NCBI GenBank assembly: GCA_051003195.1
Contig: JBPCLP010000008.1
Coordinates: 1 to 64,000, forward strand
Source: Candidatus Sumerlaeaceae bacterium
GTDB taxonomy: Bacteria > Sumerlaeota > Sumerlaeia > Sumerlaeales > Sumerlaeaceae
Direction of reading: 5' to 3'
DNA length: 64,000 nt
The position numbers and the translations under genes were made by a program. Position 1 is the first letter of the stretch; every line of letters begins with the position of its first letter. Below the pieces are notes generated by a model. The model searched no databases. It saw nothing but the letters and a program-made list of their open reading frames with translations, and had not been told where the DNA came from. Below, one piece after another: positions 58,108 through 64,000 of this stretch.

Positions 58108-59565
58108 CTACCGCTTCTTCTGGCGTTCTTTCTTCGCCAGCCGCTGGCGCATCTTTTTCTCGTAGGCTTTTCGGTTCTGGCGGCGCGCGCGCTCCGCTGC
58201 GCTGATGTTCGTCGCTGTCATGCTGCTTTTCATCCCGGTGCCATCGGGCCCGGCTCCCGCGGCGGTCATTTTGTCCTGCATCTGGAACAGGCCCTTCATC
58301 ATCTGTCGCGTCGTCTCGAATTGCTGCACCAGGTTGTTTACGTCCTGGGGAGTGGTGCCGCTGCCCTTGGCAATTCGTGCCTTGCGCGAGCCGTTCAGCA
58401 CTGACGGCTCCTCGCGTTCGCGAATTGTCATGCTTTGTATAATTGCCTCGATCTTCTTCATCTCGTCTTCGGGAAGATCGATGTCTTTCAATGCGCTGCC
58501 AACACCGGGGAGCATCGCGAGCAGGTTTTTTAGAGGGCCCATTTTTTTGACCTGTTGCATCTGCGTAAGAAAGTCCTGCAGGGTGAAGCTGGCCTTGCGC
58601 ATCTTGCGCTGCATATCCTCGGCCTGCTTCTCGTCGAAGTGCTCCTGGGCCTTTTCGACGAGGGACAACACATCACCCATGCCAAGGATGCGACCGGCCA
58701 TGCGGTCCGGAAAGAATTCCTGCAAGTCGTCCAGCTTCTCACCCGTTCCGATGAACTTAACAGGACGTCCTGTAATCGACTTAATCGAGAGCGCGGCGCC
58801 ACCACGTGCATCGCCGTCCATTTTCGTCAGGCAAACCCCATCAATGCCGACCTTGTCATTGAAGGTGGAGGCGCTGACTACCGCGTCCTGGCCTGTCATT
58901 GCATCGGCTACCAGGAACGTGTACGTTGGCTTTGTCAGTCGCTTGATATCGAGAAGCTCGTCCATTAACACATCGTTGATGTGCAGGCGACCGGCGGTAT
59001 CGATGATAACGAGGTCGCGACCGTCTGCCTGCGCCTTCTCGACTCCTCGTTTCGCGATATCGGGGGCCGGCTTGTCGGTGCCTTCGCTGTATACGGGAAC
59101 GCCGGCATTTTCTCCGACAACGTGCAACTGGGTGACTGCGGCTGGGCGATAGATATCGCACGCGACCAGCATCGGCTTCCAGCCTTCTTTGGCATAGCGC
59201 TTCGCGAGTTTGCCGCAGAAAGTCGTTTTCCCACTGCCCTGCAAGCCTAACATCAGCACGACATTGGTGCGGCCTTTCTGCAACTGGAAGGGCACCACTT
59301 CGCCGCCGAGAAACTCGACAAGTTCATCGTGGACAATTTGAACCATCTGCTGCGCGGGTGAGACCGAGAGCAATACCTGCTCGCCGACGGCCTTTTCCTG
59401 GACTCGCGCAACGAAGTCCTTCACCACCTTAAAGTTAACGTCGGCCTCGAGCAGCGCCATCTTCACGTCGCGCATTACATCTTTGATGTTGCTCTCGTTG
59501 ATCTGCCCCTGGCCGCGCAGGTTCTTGAATACACCCTCCAGCCGATCGCTCAGGTTTTCAAACAT
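58108..59565 (-). CDS. ffh: Signal recognition particle protein
   Basis: Motifs GLQGSGKTT, DTAGR, TKMDGDARGG and RIAKGSG. Confidence 0.98.
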   Translation of the reverse strand: MFENLSDRLEGVFKNLRGQGQINESNIKDVMRDVKMALLEADVNFKVVKDFVARVQEKAVGEQVLLSVSPAQQMVQIVHDELVEFLGGEVVPFQLQKGRTNVVLMLGLQGSGKTTFCGKLAKRYAKEGWKPMLVACDIYRPAAVTQLHVVGENAGVPVYSEGTDKPAPDIAKRGVEKAQADGRDLVIIDTAGRLHINDVLMDELLDIKRLTKPTYTFLVADAMTGQDAVVSASTFNDKVGIDGVCLTKMDGDARGGAALSIKSITGRPVKFIGTGEKLDDLQEFFPDRMAGRILGMGDVLSLVEKAQEHFDEKQAEDMQRKMRKASFTLQDFLTQMQQVKKMGPLKNLLAMLPGVGSALKDIDLPEDEMKKIEAIIQSMTIREREEPSVLNGSRKARIAKGSGTTPQDVNNLVQQFETTRQMMKGLFQMQDKMTAAGAGPDGTGMKSSMTATNISAAERARRQNRKAYEKKMRQRLAKKERQKKR

Positions 59566-59745
59566 TAGCTCTGTATCGTCTTCCTGTATTGCCTGGTCCC
59601 AGGCTCAGTACACTGCCCGTACGTCTACCAATTGGCATCAAGTTCGTATTCGCTGCGGCGATCAACCCCTCGCCAGCAAATATTGCGCAAGTATGTAAAA
59701 ATCTCTTTTGACGTGGCCCTGCCGGATTCCGCAACTGGATGCCTC

Positions 59746-61068
59746 ATGAGCAGCGCTCCCCTTCAATTAACTGGAATTGCGTGCCGGCGTCTGCGCACAC
59801 CCGGGATGCTGCTGGAGAACGTTTTTATCGAATTCGACGGCCCGCGAGTCTCCGTGGTCGGCGACTTCAGTTCTTCCTGGTTGCCGCCGGGTGCCTTCAA
59901 TGCGCGGGATGAAGAGCTGCTCGTGGTGCCGGGATTCGTGGATGTGCATGTGCATGGGGGAGGCGGAATCGATTTCCTGACGGCCGACGAAGCGGGCCTT
60001 GCCACTGTTTCAGCCACGGCGGCGAGCGGCGGCTGCACAACGATGGTCGCAACCACCACCCTCGCCAATGATGACGAGGGGCTCGAGCGTTTCACTGAGT
60101 TTGTCAGGATACTTCGCAACACGTCGCCGCCACGATACCGGCAGGGCCGGGTTGAATCAAGTGCCAGAAAGCCCGCCGCCGGGGCTGCTACAGCGCAGGG
60201 CAGTGCTGCAGCAGTGGCTGAGGCGGTTGCGGAAGACGAAGTGTGTTCATTACCCGGCACGCGCATCATGGGCATTCACCTTGAAGGGCCGTTCCTGAAC
60301 CCGGAACGGCGGGGTGCGTTTACGAACCGGTTTTTACGCCCGGTTGATCTCAAGGTCGCCGAAAAGGTGCTCGAAATCTGTGGTGACCTGCTGCTGAAGG
60401 TCACGCTGGCCCCGGAGCTGCCAGGAGGAGCACAGCTGGTGCAGTTGCTGACGAGTTCCCGAAGCGCGCCTGTGGAGGTGACGCTTGGCCATACCACATG
60501 CGACTACGAGCTTGGCATCAGAATGTTTGGGAATTCCCACGTTCGGCAAATTACCCACGTCTTCAACGCAATGAGCGGGCTACACCACCGCACGCCAAAC
60601 CTGATCACGGCCGCACTACTGGACGATCGCGTCTGCCTCGAAATTATTCCTGATGGCCTGCATGTCGCCCCACCGGTTGTGAAGCTCCTTCACAAAATTG
60701 TCGGCGCAAAGCGGCTGATCGGCACCACCGATGGGGCGAGCGCGGCGGGTACGCCACCAGGCAGCTCGTTTGAAAGCTTTAGCGGCCATGCGGTGGTTGG
60801 ATCCGATTGCGGAGTGCGGCGCACAACGGACCATGTACTGGTAGGAAGCGCGGCTTTAATGAATGACGTGTATGAACGCCTGCAAACGCTCGCTGGCATC
60901 CCGGCAGAAGATGCTTTGCTTATGTGCACGCAGAACCCGGCACAGTCCATCAACCGCTTTCATCAAATTGGCAGTATCGATAAAGCCAAGCGCGCTGACT
61001 TTGCAATTTTACGTGGCACAACCGTCGAGGCGACTGTGCGTGATGGCGTTTTGGTTTATCAAAAATAA
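59746..61068 (+). CDS. nagA: N-acetylglucosamine-6-phosphate deacetylase
   Basis: Motifs PGFVDVHVHG, HLEGPF, GHT, THVFNAM, DGLH and TD. Confidence 0.92.
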   Translation: MSSAPLQLTGIACRRLRTPGMLLENVFIEFDGPRVSVVGDFSSSWLPPGAFNARDEELLVVPGFVDVHVHGGGGIDFLTADEAGLATVSATAASGGCTTMVATTTLANDDEGLERFTEFVRILRNTSPPRYRQGRVESSARKPAAGAATAQGSAAAVAEAVAEDEVCSLPGTRIMGIHLEGPFLNPERRGAFTNRFLRPVDLKVAEKVLEICGDLLLKVTLAPELPGGAQLVQLLTSSRSAPVEVTLGHTTCDYELGIRMFGNSHVRQITHVFNAMSGLHHRTPNLITAALLDDRVCLEIIPDGLHVAPPVVKLLHKIVGAKRLIGTTDGASAAGTPPGSSFESFSGHAVVGSDCGVRRTTDHVLVGSAALMNDVYERLQTLAGIPAEDALLMCTQNPAQSINRFHQIGSIDKAKRADFAILRGTTVEATVRDGVLVYQK

Positions 61069-61918
61069 CAAGCCGTCGCGTGCTTTAGCCGTTGTTGTTT
61101 TATGGTGCCTGGTCGCTGGGTTGTGTGCAGCGACTTACGGTGACTCGTCCACTACGAGAGTCGTTTCGCTTGTGCCTGGGCTTACAGAAACATGTTTCGC
61201 GATAGGCGCGGGACCCCAGGTGGTCGGTGTGAGCGACTACTGCGCATACCCTGCCGAAGCCAGGACTCGTCCGCGCGTGGGCGGACTCAGCAATCCTCGG
61301 CTCGAGCAACTGCTTTTGCTGCGGCCAACGGTCATTCTGCTCTATCGCTCACAGGCTGACTTTGCGCATAAATTGCGCATCTTGAAAATAGATTGCCGGC
61401 TGTTCGCGTTGGATCGACTTTCGGATATCTACGAGGCTGCTGAGCAACTGGGCGGCATTACTGGAAAGCGAGCCGAGGCGCATGTGCTGGTGCGATCGAT
61501 GCGCGAGCAATTTGAAGCGATGCACGCACGTACCAGTGAAACCGCTGCTGTGCGGGCGGTGGTACTAGTCAGCCGGGATCCTGGAGACCTGCGGAATCTG
61601 TTCCAGGCAGGGCCAAAGAACTTTCTTGGTGAACTGATGAACCTTGCGGGCGGTTCTCACGCAATTGCTACAGATGCTGCGATTACAAAGGAACAACTGA
61701 TCCTCGGGAATCCACAGGTCATCATTGACCTGTCGGGCGGTGAAAGCGCATCCACGGCGGAAGCAAAAGAGGCCGCATTGCGCGTATGGGCGCAATTACC
61801 GACAATAGATGCTGTGAAGAACCATCACGTCTACTATCCCGCGGCTGCCCATGCGTTGGTTCCGGGACCGTACCTGGTTGAAGCAGCAAAAGAATTCGAG
61901 CGCATGCTGCACCGCTAG
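61043..61918 (+). CDS. Helical-backbone ABC substrate-binding protein (BtuF-like)
   Basis: Motifs RVVSLVPGLTE, VGVSDYCAYP and PGP; its stop lies in the CTAG of element copy 7. Confidence 0.85.
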   Translation: MAFWFIKNNKPSRALAVVVLWCLVAGLCAATYGDSSTTRVVSLVPGLTETCFAIGAGPQVVGVSDYCAYPAEARTRPRVGGLSNPRLEQLLLLRPTVILLYRSQADFAHKLRILKIDCRLFALDRLSDIYEAAEQLGGITGKRAEAHVLVRSMREQFEAMHARTSETAAVRAVVLVSRDPGDLRNLFQAGPKNFLGELMNLAGGSHAIATDAAITKEQLILGNPQVIIDLSGGESASTAEAKEAALRVWAQLPTIDAVKNHHVYYPAAAHALVPGPYLVEAAKEFERMLHR

Positions 61919-62014
61919 CGTGGTCCACTGTTAGTTCGTAATCAGTTCTGTGTACCAAATCGAGGTCAAGTCCGCCCTTTGGTCTGGTAAGCAACTACCG
62001 ATTCGGCACACTTG
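61915..62014 (-). mobile_element. ~100-bp MITE-like element, copy 7
   Basis: CTAGCGTGGTCCACTGTTAGTTCGTAATCAGTTCTGTGTACCAAATCG...CGATTCGGCACACTTG. Confidence 0.85.
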
Positions 62015-62032
62015 TCACCAGGCGTCAAAGTC

Positions 62033-64000
62033 TCATGCCGAGGCTGCTACGGGCTCCATCTCTTCGATCTCGCGCACAATTTCATGGTGTTCGATTTCAT
62101 CAAGCTTAATGCTGACCACGCGGCTGACGCCCTGCTCTTCCATCGTTACGCCGTAGATCGTGTTGGCGAGATTCATCGTCTGCTTGTTATGCGTGATGAT
62201 AATGAACTGGGTTGTGTCCGCGAACTCGCGCACAAGGTCTTTGAAACGCTCAATGTTTTTGTCGTCGAGCGGTGCGTCGATTTCGTCGAGAATGCAGAAC
62301 GGGCTCGGCTTGCGCATAAAGATCGCAAACAACAGCGCGACTGCGGTGAGTGCCTTCTCACCGCCGGAAAGCAGGGAAATATGCTGCGGCTTCTTGCCGG
62401 GGGGCTGCGCCACGATATCGATCCCACCTTCGAGTACGCCGTTTTCCTCAGTCAGAAGCAGGTCGGCTCTTCCTCCACCAAACAGGCGCCGGTACACCTG
62501 CTCGAAGTTGGCGCGAATTTCAGCAAACGCGGTGGCGAAAAGATCCTTTGTCGTTTCGTCGATCTTCGCAATGGTTTCCGCGAGCAGGTTCTTGGCATCC
62601 AGGAGGTCCTTCTCCTGCGCGGTCAGGAAGTCCAGGCGTGAATTTGCCTCGTTGAACTCGTCAATTGCCCCCACGTGAACGGGGCCCATTCCATCGATTG
62701 TGGCGCGAATCTCCTGGATGCGTGTTGCAATCTCGTCGGGTGTACGAAGACGCGCGAGCGCTACTTCAACGGCGAGATCTGCATTGTGAGCAATGATTTC
62801 TGAGCGGGCCTGCTCATCGCCTGCTGCGGAATCCGATGCTTCATCTGCCAAGGCAGTAATGTCGTGAATGACCGCGACGTCCGCTGTTGCTGCATCCGGG
62901 TTCTCCGGGGTGTTTTCGACAGCGTCCTCTGAAGAGAGGGCAGAGTTCTCGTTTAACTCAGGCTCTGGGAAGAGGACGCGCTGGATTACATCGTCGAGCA
63001 CCAGCCCAAATTTTTCCTGCGCCTGCACGTTGATGTTGTCGAGCTGCAGGGTGTACTCTGTGCGCTTCAATTCCACTTCGTGCAACTCGTTCTGCGCCTC
63101 GTTGTAATCGCGCTGAAGCACCTGCGCGTGCTCGCTGAGTTTACGCAGGTCCAGATGGACGTTTTCCTTGCGCTGGTTCTCCTGCGTAAGCTGCGCCGAA
63201 AGGCTTTGCTGGTCTACCTGCAACTTCGCAAGCTGCTCGTGCAACTGCGACAGCTCGCCTGCGCACTCCGATTGTGTCACATCCATGCGCTCAATTTCGG
63301 CGCGCTTGTCAGCCTGCGCCTGCACCAGGCGCTGGCCCTCGCGTTCACCGCTCGCAATGCGCTCGCGAAGGTTCTTTAAGCGCTCCGTACCGGTCGAGAT
63401 TGCGATCATCAGCTCGTTAACAAGTCGACCAGCCTCAGCCACTTCATGTTGTTTTGCTGTCGCAGTTTCCTCAATGCCCTGGAGCTGTTCCTCAAGAGCA
63501 GCTGCATTGGCGGCCAATTGCTCCAGCAGACCTGAACCCTCATCCTGCGTGTTTCGGTGTTGCTCAACCTGCTGCTGCATTCCGGCACGGCGCGTTTCAA
63601 GCCGTTCCAGCTGCTGTGCTTTCTCGGAGGCGCGGTGGTCCACCACCTCGAAGTCCTTACGCAGGCGGGCTGCCTCAATTTCCTGCTGATGAGCTTCGCG
63701 CGACAGGCGTTCCGTGCTGTCACGCAATTCGCCAAGGCTTCCCTTAAGGTGCGAAACGCGTTGCTCGGTCTCCTGCTCGCGGCTGCGCAGGTGCACGAGA
63801 CGATCCGCCAGTTCTTTCACTTCGCGTGTGCGGTTGAGAAGACCCGTTGCCTTAACACTTCCGCCCGTCATGGCTCCGTGTGCAGATACCATCTCTCCAT
63901 CGAGCGTAACAAACTTCGTGCGGATACCCCGCCGCTCCAGAGCGACCGCGACATCCAGGTTCTCAACCACAACGACGTTCCCCAGCAGGTACTGGACAAC
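62033..64000 (-). CDS. smc: Chromosome segregation protein SMC, 3' part; 5' end outside the window
   Basis: Hinge motif VTLDGE...GAMTGG, coiled coil, LLSGGEKAL, FCILDEIDAPLD and ITH. Confidence 0.96.
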   Translation of the reverse strand, partial: VVQYLLGNVVVVENLDVAVALERRGIRTKFVTLDGEMVSAHGAMTGGSVKATGLLNRTREVKELADRLVHLRSREQETEQRVSHLKGSLGELRDSTERLSREAHQQEIEAARLRKDFEVVDHRASEKAQQLERLETRRAGMQQQVEQHRNTQDEGSGLLEQLAANAAALEEQLQGIEETATAKQHEVAEAGRLVNELMIAISTGTERLKNLRERIASGEREGQRLVQAQADKRAEIERMDVTQSECAGELSQLHEQLAKLQVDQQSLSAQLTQENQRKENVHLDLRKLSEHAQVLQRDYNEAQNELHEVELKRTEYTLQLDNINVQAQEKFGLVLDDVIQRVLFPEPELNENSALSSEDAVENTPENPDAATADVAVIHDITALADEASDSAAGDEQARSEIIAHNADLAVEVALARLRTPDEIATRIQEIRATIDGMGPVHVGAIDEFNEANSRLDFLTAQEKDLLDAKNLLAETIAKIDETTKDLFATAFAEIRANFEQVYRRLFGGGRADLLLTEENGVLEGGIDIVAQPPGKKPQHISLLSGGEKALTAVALLFAIFMRKPSPFCILDEIDAPLDDKNIERFKDLVREFADTTQFIIITHNKQTMNLANTIYGVTMEEQGVSRVVSIKLDEIEHHEIVREIEEMEPVAASA

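Noticed and set aside
5419..62014. 100-bp elements as integron attC sites or CRISPR repeats
   Set aside because: Copies are dispersed in both orientations among housekeeping genes, lack RYYYAAC/GTTRRRY ends, show a target duplication, and no integrase is present.
1..64000. tRNA, rRNA, tmRNA or SRP RNA genes (SRP RNA considered near ffh)
   Set aside because: No cloverleaf, rRNA or SRP GGAA-tetraloop signatures recognised by eye; a covariance search would be needed to exclude them fully.

Overview
Bacterial chromosomal window with no rRNA, tRNA, CRISPR array, transposase or integrase visible. A C-terminal W-xxxx motif on secreted proteins tentatively suggests Candidatus Sumerlaeota/BRC1 (inference only). 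The first ~14 kb is accessory-like: small membrane and hypothetical genes, a DUF2961 glycosidase, a repeat-flanked four-helix-bundle gene and two DUF2283-type toxin-antitoxin modules, one decayed. It is followed by a ribonucleotide reductase operon whose small subunit carries the Chlamydia-type class Ic (Mn/Fe, radical Tyr replaced by Phe) signature, with an NrdR box upstream. The rest is mostly housekeeping: argS, U32/RlhA-like protein, M32 carboxypeptidase, MFS transporter, bacilliredoxin, ilvE, an ABC-SCO-DUF420 cluster, amylosucrase, UDG, nfo, histidine kinases, ffh, nagA and the 3' part of smc. The most striking non-coding signal is a ~100-bp C(T/C)AG-bounded element in 7 dispersed copies. 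It has a covarying stem, often supplies the TAG stop of the adjacent gene, and has both a filled and an empty insertion site in the window, inside a second ~208-bp repeat. Several other short-repeat families (7-mer, 9-mer, REP-like) also occur.
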